The position numbers and the translations under genes were made by a program. Positions 28,234-41,774 of a stretch of DNA of 64,000 nt are shown one piece after another (within the stretch, counting starts at the first letter, position 1; every line of letters starts with the position of its first letter). This stretch comes from Octopus vulgaris (lineage: Eukaryota): NCBI GenBank assembly GCA_951406725.2, contig OX597838.1:23436001-23500000 (forward strand), in the 5' to 3' direction. The notes below the pieces were generated by a model that saw only the letters and a program-made list of their open reading frames with translations, made no database searches and was not told the DNA's origin.

Positions 28234-30479
28234 AGGGAGGGCCTTCCTGTCACAGATCTTGTTAGCTTTGAATTGTCATCGATGCTTATGCAACACTGCC
28301 TTTTTCCAGGTAAGGGTGTTGGCACTACACAAACCCATTTTTACTTCGTGGAACAGACAGTCCAGTCCCACATGGGAGGCCCCACCAGCAGCATATAATC
28401 CATCGGTCTAGATCTCAGGGTCACTGAGATACACAAGCCAACACAATGTGAGGACTGGAACTTGCAGTGGAAAATTTTTTGCTCATCAGCGTTAATGAAG
28501 AAACAGAAATTTCCTGGGTAAAATGGTAGAAGTATGGAGGCATGTGCAGGAACAGCAGGTCGCTGTAACCATCAGTTATTGACGATTCCCTACTCTCAAT
28601 GGATGACACCTTTGTACCACACAAGCAACACCCCTCCAACCCGTGGATCTGTTTCTGTTTTGGGTGGTCATTGCTGGTGGAGGTTTTACAAGGTCAGAGT
28701 GCAAATTCTACCTCAACCTCTTTTAGTCAGCTTTTATGACATGCAGAAGAAACGCTGAGTCTATTCTTTGACAAGCCAGTCCCCACACAGCACTAGAGCA
28801 ATGTGAAATGGAGTGTTTTGCTTAAGAACACAACAAGCTATCCAGTCTGGGAACTGAACCCACAATTACTAGATCATGAGTGCAACACCCCAACCACAAG
28901 GCCATGCATAAAGTGATTGAAATTAAAAAAAACATTCCATTAAAATTTCATGTTAATTTATGATTCAAACACCATTTTAATAATGGCAAAGATATTTTAT
29001 TAAACTCATTATTTTCAAAATTAACTGAAACAAAGGCAGTGTTTTTCAACAAATAGGTTAACAAAAGGATTATGTACAAAAGCTATTTGAATCAAACACA
29101 ACATATGTGTGTGTGTGTGTGTGTTATAATAGTTTAGTAGCAATAACTGGAAGCTGTTATGTACAACAAAGAGCCGTCGTGAGGTACTGAGGTGATAGAT
29201 ACATTCAGAGGAATTTAAATAGCTTTGACTTTAAGCAGCGAGAGGCAAATGACTTACCACACGCTACACATCTTCCTTCCAAGCACTGCTGTAAACAGCA
29301 GAAGTGAGCTAGAATGTTAAAACTTTGTGCTCATGCACAGGATAGTTCAAGGTCATTGTCCTTGTCAAGGAAACAATGTAGCACCACACTACCATCTGCC
29401 TCGCACTCCTCTTCTGACTGCTGAGCCAAAGGAACCTTTGGCCTCCTGAACCTTTACAGGACTCCTTAGACTGGTGGGAAGAAGTTATCCTCAAACAAGA
29501 AACCTGGCTCGAATGCTTGGAGTGTGCACCAAAGCATGGGCACTCAGGAGTTGGGTGGTGATGTGAAACCAGGCAACAGATTAACTCTTACATTCACAAA
29601 CAACCATCTTCTCAATCACAGCTTATCTCCAAAGGTCTCAGTATTTTGCCATTGCCTCTGTGAGGCCCAACGTTCGAGGGTTGTGCTTCACCACCTCATC
29701 CCATTGTAAAGATTCCCTTTGGTCTTGAATGACCATGGGATTGCACCTAGAAAATTACCCTCCAAGGCACAAGTCCAGACAAGGTTGTTTATAGAAGACC
29801 AGCAGTAGCCCATGCATACCGGCCTCCTCTCTTCACACCACTGATGTTATCCTAGGGAAAGGCAAAGGTTGATACAACTTAGCACCAGTGACATTGCAAC
29901 TCATTTCTACAGCTGAGTGAACTGGAGCAACATGAAATTAAGTGTCTTGCTCAAGAAGACAACACACAGTCCAGTCAGCGAATCAAACTCACAACCTCAG
30001 GATTGTGAGCCCGACACTAACCACAAAGCAATATATCATTGTTTTTGTCTGTTTTTATATGCTGGCATGAGTTACAGGAGACTTACCATAGCAGATTCTC
30101 TACAGCCAGATGATCTTCATGTTTTGCAAGTAAGCTTCTTTTCATTCTGTTCTACATTAACTGCTGAACTGTGGGTTATATTTACTAGAGAACACAAATC
30201 ACATGGTGTTCATAATTTATCTTTACAACTTTCACAATTTATATCTACTAACGCTGAGATCCATCAATCAAATTCTTTACGTGTTAAATATTATTCAACT
30301 TTTAATATTTAAATCATTTTTGTTTGTCTTTAAAAAGGTGCCTATTATTATTATTATCATTATTATTATTCCTGACCTTTAATGAAAATGACACAAGAGA
30401 AAACACAATGTTTCTGGAAACAGGAAGCAACCTGCAGAAAACAGGGGCTGGGTAACCAAGAACCTCTGTGGAAGATGTT

Positions 30480-30845
30480 GAGCAAATCCAAGCAGGATTT
30501 CACTGTGGTGCTACTAAGCCCATTCATACTGCATGTAGACAGGTTAAGTTTACCAAGATCAACAATTCACAAAGTTTTACGTAAGAAGCTAGGCTTATAA
30601 AGTGTGACTTTTGCAAGGACTTTAGCCAGATGACAAAACCCCAAAGGAGACGATTTGCAGTGGACATGTTAGCTCAAATAGGTGAAGACAAAGTCTTCCT
30701 TTGAAATATTCGTTCCAGTGATAAAGCAACATTTCATGTGTCAGGAAGGATAAATAAACACAACATCAGGATCTGTGGTTGGGAAAACCCACATGAAACA
30801 AGAGAACTTGAGAGAAACAGCCCAAGATCAATGTTTGGTATGTTA
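30480..30845 (+). mobile_element. Tc1/mariner-superfamily transposase relic
   Basis: LPRSTIHKVLRKKL, SD.ATFHVSGRINKHNIRI.G.ENPH...E.ERNSP motifs with frameshifts. Confidence 0.75.
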
Positions 30846-30902
30846 GATGATGCTGATATACATACACACACACACACACACACATGTATGGGCTTCTACC
30901 AG

Positions 30903-31128
30903 TTATTTCTCTTTTGCCCACAAGGGGCTAAACATAGACAGGACAAACAAGGACAAAGGGATTATGTCGATTATATCGACCCCAGTGCATAACTGGTACT
31001 TAATTTATCGACTCCGAAAGGGTGAAAGGCAAAGTTGACCTCGGTGGAATTTGAACTCAAAACGTAAAGACAGATGAAATACTGCTAAGCATTTCGCCCG
31101 GCATGCTAACATTTCTGCCAGCTCGCCA
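30903..31128 (-). mobile_element. SINE family B copy
   Basis: Full-length reverse match. Confidence 0.85.
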
Positions 31129-31901
31129 CAGAGACAACTTAGCTCCAGTGCCATTGCAACTTCAGTTTCTGTCAACTAAATCCACTCATAAGAGAATTTA
31201 GTTGGGTCAGGGGCTACAGCAGAACACAATTGTCTAAGGTGTCATGAAGTGGGATTGAACTTGATACCACATGGTGAAGAAGTGAATTTCTTAATCACAC
31301 AACTGTGTCTGCATCTATACAGATACTCCTTCCCCATATCACATATCTCTATTGTGAAACCATTAACCTCATTGCCACTGTCAATAATGAATTTCATGCA
31401 TAAATGTAAAAATTAGATGACCACAGATCAACTCTGCAATACAAGAAAGAGTATTCATAGACTGATACACAGAGGAGTATACAATCGACAGGTTATTTTT
31501 TCCCTAAAAACTCCATAATACTAACCAACAGGTAGTTTTTTTTCTTTAGCTTATTAAACTAGTTTTAGGAACATAAATTGGTTGAAGATTTTAATTCCAA
31601 ACTTATGAAAACAAGACATTTGTACTCAGAGCCAGACCGGTTTCAGCCGGGTTGATAATGAAAGGGTTAATGTAGCTGAGTATCTGTATAAATATATATA
31701 TATTTTTGTTCATAGTCTCAAAATGTATCACATTAGTCTTTTCTTCACAATAAGTCTCTTGGAAACCAAATAGTCCTGTAAATCCGAACATTTGTATGAA
31801 TTAGGTTTCTTTTTCTGTTTTATGTATCTGTCTTTTTTAATGTTTAACTTCCTACTTCATTTAGTTATTTGTTTGAAGCTGGATCCTCTTAATCTTAATT
31901 A

Positions 31902-32414
31902 CCGTAAATCCTCAAGTATAGTCCGCCCTTGATTATAATACGCAGGGGATTTTTAGGGGGCTGTACCTCTGAGAAATCTAAACCTTGTGTATAATATGCA
32001 CCTTTTCTCTAACTTAAGTCAAGGAGGTCTATATAATGTCCTTAGTTTGTAAAAATGTATACAGTAACGTCCTCCACTATTATTGTATATATAACATAAT
32101 GCAAACGTGTAGCTTTTTTGTGCATTTTGTTTGCAGAAAATAAAGAAATAACAGTAATAAGGTTTAATAAATGTTGCTTACTGCAAGTTATGGATGATTC
32201 TTTTATGACTTCATTGCTTTCAGGCTTAGCTTAAGGTATTTTCGTGCTCAACATCACAAAATACATCTGAATAAACATTGCCGGACAGCAAATAGAGACT
32301 CGGACATTGCTTAGAAAATAATTTTCATTTTTAACCTTGTATATAGTACGCACTAGGGATTTTGACCTTTAAATTTTGGGGGAAAAAATGCGGATTATAC
32401 TTGAGGATTTATGG
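31902..32414. mobile_element. TA-flanked non-autonomous pogo/Tc1-type element
   Basis: TIR ccRtaaatcctcaagtataRtccgc at both ends, TA TSD, subterminal ccttg..tata.ta.gca repeats. Confidence 0.87.
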
Positions 32415-32495
32415 TATTCATCTTCAAAAAGCATAACTGGACAAGAGTAATTAGTTCTGAATGAAAGCTCATCAGGTAGTCTATGATAACTGTTC

Positions 32496-33629
32496 TTATA
32501 CGATGTGAGTCAATCTATGGGTGTTCAAACTGTATGTGTAGGAGTAAGCTTTACCACAAATTTCACAGCAGTATGGCTTCTCTCCTGTGTGTGTACGTAC
32601 ATGTTTGTGTAAGTCTGTCTTAAAAGTGAATGCTCTGCCACAAATCTCACACTGGAATGGTCTCTCCCCTGTATGGACAAAATTATGTCGTTTTAAATTG
32701 TTCTGAGAGAAAGACTTACCGCAAATATCACAGTGGTATGGTTTTTCTCCCGTGTGAATCTGAACGTGTCGTGTCAGATTGCTGTTTGCTGCAAATGACT
32801 TACCGCAAATCTCGCAGTGGTATGGCTTCTCCCCGGTATGAATTCGCAGGTGCACAGTTAAATTTCGCTTGTTAGAAAACTTCCGCCCACAAACTGCGCA
32901 AGATGGTTTTGCTTCCGGGTGAGCAAGCTTGTGTCGGTGCAAAAGGCTCCTCTGACAGAAAGTCTCCTCGCAGTAATTGCAGCTGTACAGTTTGTCACCC
33001 ACATGCGACGATTCGTGATTGGTCAAATGGTTTTTACAATAAAACGATTTGCTGCAGATGTCGCAGTGATGCGACTTTTCCAAATGAGTCACCGAGTGGT
33101 AGGTCAGGTTCTTCTTGAAGGAAAAGGTTTTGCCGCAGATTTCACAGATGAACGGTTTCGTCTCGATGTGCGTCATTATGTGTTGGGATAAATAGCTATT
33201 TTGCGAAAAAGACCTACCACAGATTTCACAGCAAAATGGGTTCTCGCCCGTATGGGACCATTTATGGACAGACAGTAAACTATTACGAGAAAACGCTTCA
33301 CCACAGATGTCACACTGAAATGGCTTCTCCCCCGTATGAATCCTCACATGTAAGTTCAATCTGCTCTTTTTAGAAAACGTTTTATCACAAAACTGACATT
33401 GGTGTGGCTTGTTCTTGATATGTATCCATTTATGATCAGTCAAATACCGGGCTACGGAAAACGCTTTATCACACACCTCACATTTGTATGGTTTCTCCCC
33501 TGTATGGGTACGTTTATGTATCGTCAATTCACTGTTTCCAGAGAATGCTTGTCCACAAATTTCACAAACACATGTTTTTTTCCGATTTCTTCTTTGATCA
33601 CCAAACCTACTTCGAGATTTTCTTTTCAT
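32496..33629 (-). CDS. Poly-C2H2 zinc-finger protein (377 aa, 13 fingers, basic NLS-like N-terminus, no KRAB/SCAN domain visible)
   Basis: Intact ORF with repeated C-x2-C-x12-H-x3-H and HTGEKP linkers; finger 11 is one residue short; candidate upstream acceptor (ttctattttag) at 34334. Confidence 0.92.
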   Translation of the reverse strand: MKRKSRSRFGDQRRNRKKTCVCEICGQAFSGNSELTIHKRTHTGEKPYKCEVCDKAFSVARYLTDHKWIHIKNKPHQCQFCDKTFSKKSRLNLHVRIHTGEKPFQCDICGEAFSRNSLLSVHKWSHTGENPFCCEICGRSFSQNSYLSQHIMTHIETKPFICEICGKTFSFKKNLTYHSVTHLEKSHHCDICSKSFYCKNHLTNHESSHVGDKLYSCNYCEETFCQRSLLHRHKLAHPEAKPSCAVCGRKFSNKRNLTVHLRIHTGEKPYHCEICGKSFAANSNLTRHVQIHTGEKPYHCDICGKSFSQNNLKRHNFVHTGERPFQCEICGRAFTFKTDLHKHVRTHTGEKPYCCEICGKAYSYTYSLNTHRLTHIV

Positions 33630-34465
33630 TTTGTAAGGTTGCCTAAATTTCTTTTAAATTTGCAATTTCAGTAAGAATCCATCAACGCCATTAATTTATG
33701 GAGAAAGAAATCCAACATGAATCTCCAACACCAATTTTACCACAATGGGGTCTGTTTTCTTCTGATGCAATTTCTTCTCCTTTGATACGTCAAGATTTTC
33801 TTTTCATTTTGTAAGGTTGTTAAAATTTAATTTTTTTAAAAATTTTAATTTGCAATTTCAATAAGAATCCTTTAATTTAACACCAATAAATTAAGGATGA
33901 AGAAACCCATCATGAAACTTGAACAAACATTTCCCATGATGGGGTTTGATTGTTGTTGGTTTTTTTGTTTTGCATTGGTTTCTTTTTTTATTTGTTACAA
34001 TGTCCCCAAAGAGTTTTGTTACCATACTTGCATCTATTAATAATTAAAGAATTCACCTAATTTTATCAACTGGAGTTAACGAAATATGAAAATATTCCAT
34101 CAGTTTTCTTAAAAGAGTTATACATGGAGTAAAATTTTCTGTCTCAGAAGAAAAGCATTTCACTTCTGATTGGAAGTGAAGAAATCCAGAGAAAAGGCTG
34201 GATGAAGCTATAGCACAATTCATAGAATTTCCAGACTCATTGTTTAAACTACTGCATTCCAAATGGCAAATGTATTCTTACAGTTTAATGTGTAGAAAGA
34301 GAATTTCAGGCATTTCTCCTCATTTGTGGATACCTAAAATAGAAAATTTAGGTTAGGATAGTAAAGTTATGGTGGAAAGTAAAACAAGTTAAGTTAGTGT
34401 GAGGGGTCTGTATTATGAATATGGTGTAGGTAAGGATTAGGTCTGGGCTCAAATGATTATACATA

Positions 34466-34670
34466 GTGTGTGTGAGCGAGTGAGCAAGCGCGCGGGCGAT
34501 TGAGCGAGCGTGTGAGCAAATGAACGAGCACGTGGCCAAATGAACGAGCATGTGGGCGAATGAACGAGCGCGTGGGCGAATGAACGAGCGCGTGGGCGAA
34601 TGAATGAGCGCGTGGGCGAATGAGCGAGCACGTGGGCGAATGAGCGAGCGCGTGGGCGAGTGAGTGAGCA
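34466..34670. repeat. 20-bp CpG-rich minisatellite (gggcgaatgaRcgagcgcgt)n
   Basis: About 10 visible units; generates the RARSFAH pseudo-ORFs. Confidence 0.88.
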
Positions 34671-36213
34671 AATGTGTGTAGAGAGAGAGTAAAGTGAAAG
34701 ATGTTTGTGAATATGTGTGTAGAAATGTGCCCTGGTTTAGAGAGCCCTAATTGAATAGGCTTTGATCAAATGTATTCTAATTGTGATTGTCACATCTTAT
34801 TTTTTAGGTGGGGATTGGATAGGAATAGGAAGGATCTTCTCTCTGGAACTACATTTTCTAATATGCCCTTCCCATTTTCAGTGACACTTGATAGCTATTT
34901 CTAACAGGTCTAGCAAACCTGTGGAGGCACTTTTGTAGACTAACACAGAAATAGGTCATAGCATTATTTCACATCTGGTTTACCAATAAAAAAAGTGGGA
35001 GGAAAAAAAAAAAAGGAAAAAAAGGACAAAGTTATGATTGGAACAGAAAATTAACAAATGAAAATGGCTTGGAATTTCGACCAGTCGTATTGCCCTAGCA
35101 TGGCTACAACTGGAACAGGTAAAAGTGTAAAGGGTTGACCCCTTAACAAGTAAATTTAGTTTGCGATTATGAACCAACAATATGTAAGAAAAGGAAAATA
35201 TATCAACCATGCATTAGTTGCATTAATTTTATGTTTATATTTCAGCTTCAGTCTTTAACCCTTTAAAGAGTAAAGACCCCTTTTAGTCATGAATGACCAT
35301 GGGATTGCATCTAGAAAGTTCCCCTCTGAGGCACAAGTCTGGGCAACGTTGTTTGTGGAAGACAAGCAGTTACCCATGCATACCAGCCACCGATGTTATT
35401 CTGTCGGTTGCTTTTGCCGAACTGCTAAGTTATGGGGATGCAAACACACCAGCCTGATCAAAAAAATGGCAGTCAAATCCTCAAATTTGTTTTATTTGAA
35501 GTGTTAAATTTGAAAGGTTGACACGGATACAAAGAAATAGGAAAAGAAAAAGAAGAAGGTGGGGGGGGCAAGACAGAGGAAGAGGATGCGATGGGCCACA
35601 CACCACAGAACAAGTGGGGTGCTAAACTGCACCTCGCAATAATGACTGCGATGTCCTGCAGCAGCCATTCTATCTTGCAGGATTCATTTCTTCGACGGGC
35701 CGACGTCATCCGTTTTGCGGAGATCAGTTAAGTGCACAAAATATCGTCTGATTTGGAGTTTTTAAAAATAATGAAATGCTATTAAGCGGAATAGATTGCG
35801 TCTAGTTCCATTAGAAGTGGAGAACATTTTTTCATCAACTACGGGAGGTAACTCTGAATACATTTTGTCTTATTTTTAAGGCTCCTCAGTAAAGTATTAA
35901 ATAGCTTTGGGGGAAAACGGACAAATATTCCATCTGGAGTTGTCTCCCTTGTTTATCATTAAAAAGAAAAGGTGAATGGATCATTAATTAGCGTCTAATG
36001 TTTTTTTCTTCTTGAGAACCTACCCTAAGACCAGCTCTTTGAGAAAACATGTTCCGGCTATGATCAACACCTTTATGTTGAAGGCAATGTATCTAGAACC
36101 ACATTATCGAACGTTAAACATTCTTTTTATTACGTAGATAGGGTTTGATTAATTTGAACCTTTTTAACAAGTCCTAAGTAAACAAGGGCCTAGCAGTTGC
36201 GTGCTTGGGGTGC

Positions 36214-36605
36214 ACCTGATGGAAGCACTCCGTCGGTTTCAACGACGAGGGTTCCGGTTGATCCGAATCAACGGAACAGCCTGCTCGTGAAATTAACGTG
36301 TAAGTGGCTGAACACTCCACAGACACGTGTACCCTTAACGTAGTTCTCGGGGATATTCAGCGTGACACAGAGAGTGACAAGGCCGGCCCTTTGAAATACA
36401 GGTACAACAGAAACAGGAAGTAAGAGTGAGAGAAAGTTGTGGTGAAAGAGTACAGCAGGGATCACCACCATCCCCTGCCGGAGCCTCGTGGAGTTTTTAG
36501 GTGTTTTCGCTCAATAAACACTCACAACGCCCGGTCTGGGAATCGAAACCGCGATCGTACGACCGCGAGTCCGCTGCCCTAACCACTGGGCCATTGCGCC
36601 TCCAC
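36214..36605 (-). mobile_element. tRNA(Arg-like)-head SINE family C
   Basis: gtggaggcgcaatggcccagtggttagggcagcggactcgcgg...gtttcgattccc head with a TCG anticodon-like loop; other copies at about 45006-45300(+), 56839-57035(+) and 62911-63268(+). Confidence 0.85.
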
Positions 36606-37492
36606 TAGGGGGTACACATATCCCCCCCCCCACAAAACAACGAATATTTAATTTTACAAATCAGATAGTGCGACTTAAAATTTACTACTTTAGTTTTATC
36701 GCTTAAAGGACTTTTCAAGTTGGGAGTTTAAAGAATTTGTTTGGTGGTAGCTTCAAATTTTAATGCGGGCCAAGACTACCACCACCACCACCACACACAC
36801 ACACACACACACTATACCAAAACTTAGAGGGAGATTTGTCTGCTACTTCTAACAGGTCGATCGGCCGTGCTGAAGCTCCCCTCGTTGGCTCGTACATAAT
36901 AATAGTCGACTTGTGGATGACGTTCAAGACAGATTTCGTCTGAGTATGCATATACTTAGGGACAAGACTATCATCCATTCTCTTTTGCAGTCTTTCAAGA
37001 GAAAGTATTCAGTCTCAAACATGACAACTCTCTTCACCCTGCGGTACAGGAAAAGTTTGCCAACGCAAACCACCGAAAGTTTCGCTGAACGCTGTGTACG
37101 TACATACAATAAGTCAATGATTCCGACAGTTCAAAAGTGACAAATGGCGTTCGGATATAGCCGGCCGTTATTCGCGTCAACGCTTTCGCTATCTTGTCCG
37201 CAGGTCGAAGATCAACAAGTCCTACTCTATGATAGATTCAAATAAGTTACGAGGAAACCGCGTAAAAAGTGGGGAACCAATTTAGTTTCAAGAGACTGAA
37301 AGTGCAGAAGAACACAGAAACCGGAGATTAATCTGTGCCCATTCCGTATATGCCACTTATGTAGATATTGAAAATTGCCGATTTGGTTGTATTTATTATG
37401 ATATAAAGGGATTTGGGCAGAGTTATAGGAAAGATGCACCCCACCGCTTGCTGGGGGAGCGGGGTATAGTGTAGGGCTTCTTTATTTTATTT

Positions 37493-37885
37493 TACTCTTA
37501 TACTTGTTTCAGTCATTTGACTGCGGCCATGCTGGAGCACCGCCTTTAGTCGAGCAATTCGACCCCTGGACTTATTCTTTTGTAAGCCCAGTACTTATTC
37601 TATCGGTCTCTTTTGCCGAACCGCTAAGTAACGGAGACATAAACACACCAGCATCGGTTGTCAAGCAATGCTAGGGGGACAAACACAGACACACAAACAC
37701 ACACACGCATATATATATATACATATATACGACGGGCTTCTTTTAGTTTCCGTCTACCAAATCCACTCACAAGGCTTTGGTCGGCCCGAGGCTATAGTAG
37801 AAGACACTTGCCCAAGGTGCCACACAGTGGGACTGAACCCGGAACCATGTGGTTAGTAGACAGGCTACTTACCACACAGCCACTC
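37493..37885 (-). mobile_element. SINE family A copy, CpG-intact
   Basis: Full-length; tctttattttatttta repeated on both sides (probable TSD). Confidence 0.88.
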
Positions 37886-38911
37886 TTTATTTTATTTTAT
37901 ATATTTATTTATTTTAATGTTTGTGGATTTCACAAAACGGTAATTACGATTTCTGAAAATAAAATTTTTTATCAAGAATTTCTTTTTCTGTTTTTAATGT
38001 TTTTCACCATTTCGACCTCCTTTCTCACAAGGGGAACCTGTTCTTTCCCCATAAGATAGGACGGATATCCCGAAACTTTGCCGGGTTTTTCCACGGGGAA
38101 GGCAAGTGATGGATTTCCAACCTCACCAGAGGGTGGTTTGGGTGTAATTTCTAGCAGGTCAAGCGAGGTTCCTTCGCTAGTATGGTTATGCATTGAATAA
38201 ATTTGATAAACACACACACACACTGGAAGGCTAAGCAGGTCTAAACTTCGAAGTAATTTTCAACACTAGATTTTTTTAAAGAATGATATGTACTTTACAA
38301 AAAAGTATTGCCTAATCCTTCAGCTTAATGTTAAACTGTTTTTATTATAATTCGACATCTCTTGTCAAGAGTACAGGCGACAGTCAGATCGCTGATGTTT
38401 GTTGTGTACTCCGCTGTCGTTATTTGATTGCTGTTATTCTGAGCAACCGTATGTAGAGATCAGTTGTGTTTTGCAGGGTTGCTTTATTTTTTACCTTTAA
38501 CTTAGAAATTGCTGTTGTGTCTGGGGAGAGTCATTTTCTTTTTGTGCCTTATAATTTATCACACTCACCGGTAAAATTTCCACTTATTCCTTATTTTTAT
38601 TTTCCTAAAATTTTCGTTGCGTCTTGCAACCCTGTGGAAATATTACCGGTGTGTGTGTGTTAAATTATAAGGCACAAAAAGAAAATGACTCTCCCTAGAC
38701 ACAACAGAATATGCTTCAATACACGAACTCACATAAAGAATCTTGCAAACCAAATCCAAAAACGAAATATTAGAAATTGCTAGATATAAAACGGGGTAAG
38801 CCATTTGGGGCTAGAAATATTGCGGAAAAACGTGAAATTCTTCGAACAGGCATGTCTTATGCGAAATCCATGATGAGCCAGAGTGACGCTGATCACCTGG
38901 AGTCGCCTCTG

Positions 38912-38982
<71 letters not shown>

Positions 38983-40202
38983 TTCTTTACTACCCACAAG
39001 GGGCTAAACACAGAGGGGACAAACAAGGACAGACAAAGGGATTAAGTCTATTATATCGACCCCAGTGCGTAACTGGTACTTAATTTATCGACCCCGAAAG
39101 GATGAAAGGCAAAGTCGACCTCGGCGGAATTTGAACTCGGAACGTAACGACAGACGAAATACCGCTAAGCATTTCACATATATATATATATATATATTAG
39201 GTATAATGAATGTCAAAAATGGAGACATATACAACGTGACACGCAGCAGAGAGCATGCTCTAAGACTAAAAAAAACGTAAGATATGATTTGAATTACACC
39301 TCAGATCACAAATTAAACGCCCAAAACCTTTACCAGTTCAGCTACTTCGCCTTTATCCAACTCGAACTATAATTTGTCACCTTTTAAAACGAATGATGCA
39401 CAGCACTATGTGATATCAGATTTATAAAAACGATTGTATGGTCATAGCTGGAACGCCTTCGAGCAAAACTACTACCTGTTAGCAAGAAATGGTGGAATTC
39501 TGGTTTAAGCCCCTGCTCCATATATTAATAACTCTCCGTAACTGTTTCTAGTTTGAGGAATTTTCAAAAAACTTCTTCGAGTTTTGTGTTTTACACAGGA
39601 ATTCATACGATTACGAAAGAAAGTTCTTTTAAAACCCACCCCAATCCTAAAATTTCCACTCTTTCTTCGAATTTTGAAAAACATTAATACATGTCAGAGT
39701 GACAAATAAACGGGAAAGGTGCTAGGTGGTCATAACAGTAAAACTCGGAAGTTTAATAATTCCGTTGGACTAACTAACAACAACAACAACAAAGCTAAGC
39801 TGATTGGATTATCACTTAGATCATTTATTTTTTATCAAGGGTGTGTGGAATCAGGCACGAAATAAGCGCAGGGATAGCAGTATGGAAAGAAGTTTGTTTC
39901 CCGTCCAAATGATTCAGGGTTCAGTCCTACTGCGTGGCCCCTTAGGCCGGTCGAAGTCTTGAGAGTCGATTTGGTAGACGGAAACAGAAACACGTATGTG
40001 TGCGCGCGTGTCCTTGTGTTTGCCTCTCTACCGTCCTCATAACTTTGCGGTACTCTGACCGATTTGTTCAGCTAAAACCCTCCGAGGCGGTTCTCTAGCA
40101 TCGCCGCGTTCCATTGACAAACAGAAGATAGAAAAATCTCCGAACGGAACTAAAAGTTGCGGCCTCCCCGCCAGACTCTTTCCTCATAAACACCGCAAAA
40201 AT

Positions 40203-40398
40203 ACTCTTTACTCTTTTACTTGTTTCAATCATTTTGACTGCGGCCATGCTGGAGCACCGCCTTTAGTCGAGCAAATCTACCCCGGGACTTATTCTTTGTA
40301 AGCCCAGTACTTATTCTATCAGCCTCTTTTGCCGAACCGCTAAGTGACGGGGACATAAACACACCAGCATCGGTTGTCAAGCAATACTAGGGGGACAA

Positions 40399-40433
<35 letters not shown>

Positions 40434-41774
40434 CACACACATATATACGACAGGCTTCTTTTAGTTTCCGTCAACCAAATCCACTCACAAGGCATTGGTC
40501 GGCACGGGGCTATAGCAGAAGACACTTGCCCAAGATGCCACGCAGTGGGACTGTGGTTGGTTAGCAAGCTACTTACCACACTTTAAATGAAATTTTCTAC
40601 AAATATCCTTCAGATGGTGTAGATTCCAATTATATTCTTTTATTCATTAATTCGTTTCAGCCATGCAGTTGCGGTCATGCTGGAGCACCACCATGTAATC
40701 GGAATTTGTTGTAAGAATTTCCATAGATGGCGAGAGGAATTTCGGAAAATTCACAATAGTCGACTTTGTTTATTCTTTTATTTGTTTCAGTTATTTGACT
40801 GCCACCATGCTGGAGCACACTCTTGAAGGGCTTTCGTCGAACAGATCGCCCCCAGCACTAATTTTTTTTAAAGCCTAGTATTTATTCTATCAGTTTCTTT
40901 TGCCGAACCGCTAATGTTACGGGGACGTAAACGCATAAACAGCGGTTGTCAAGTGGTGATGTGAGGACAAACACAGACACAAACGCACACATAGATATAT
41001 ACATAAATATATATACGACGGGCTTCTTTCAGTTTCCGTCAACCAAATACCCTCACAAGGCTTTGGTCAGCCAGAGGCAATAGTAGAAGACACTTGCCCA
41101 AAGTGCCATGCAGTGAGACTGAACGCAGAACCATGTAGCTGGAAAGCAAGCTTCTTACCACACAGCCACGCCCGTTTCCTCAATTAGATAAAAAAAAAAA
41201 AAAAAAAAAGGGAATCTTTTAATGAAATTTTTCTACCAGTAACCTTTCAGAGAGTGTAGATTATAATTACATCGAACACATCACATATCTACAAAACTTG
41301 AAATTTTGAGAAGAGTTCAAATTCTGCCGGTTCCACTTTTGCTTCAGTTCCTTTGGGGGCGATAAAAATGAAATACCAGTCAAATAGTTCCAACGTTCTA
41401 TGCTCTTTACTCTTTTACTTGTTTCAGTCATTTGACTGCGGCCATGCTGGAGCACCGCCTTTAATCGAGCAACTCGACCTCAGGACTTATTCTATCGGTC
41501 TCTTTTGCCGAACCGCTAAGTAACGGGGACATAAACACACCAGAATCGGTTGTCAAGCAATGCTAGGGGGGCAAACACAGACACACAAACATATACACAC
41601 ACACATATATATACATACATATATACGACAGGCTTCTTTCAGTTTCCGTCAACCAAATCCACTCACAAGGCATTGGTCGGCCTGGGGCTATAGCAGAAGA
41701 CACTTGTCCAAGGTGTCACGCAGTGGGACTGAACCCGGAACCATGTGGTTGGTTACTTACCACACAGCCACTCC
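40203..41774 (-). mobile_element. Cluster of three same-orientation SINE family A copies (about 40203-40580, 40775-41172, 41403-41774)
   Basis: Repeated family A bodies. Confidence 0.85.

Noticed and set aside
34053-34262. 69-aa ORF upstream of the first ZNF as a coding exon
   Set aside because: No recognisable domain and no supported in-frame splice to the ZNF ORF; could only be resolved with transcripts.
34348-34671. 107-aa Arg/Ser/His-rich ORF
   Set aside because: A translation of the 20-bp minisatellite.
36530-36605. tRNA-like sequences with A and B boxes
   Set aside because: These are SINE heads lacking a proper acceptor stem and continuing into SINE bodies; not called as tRNA genes.
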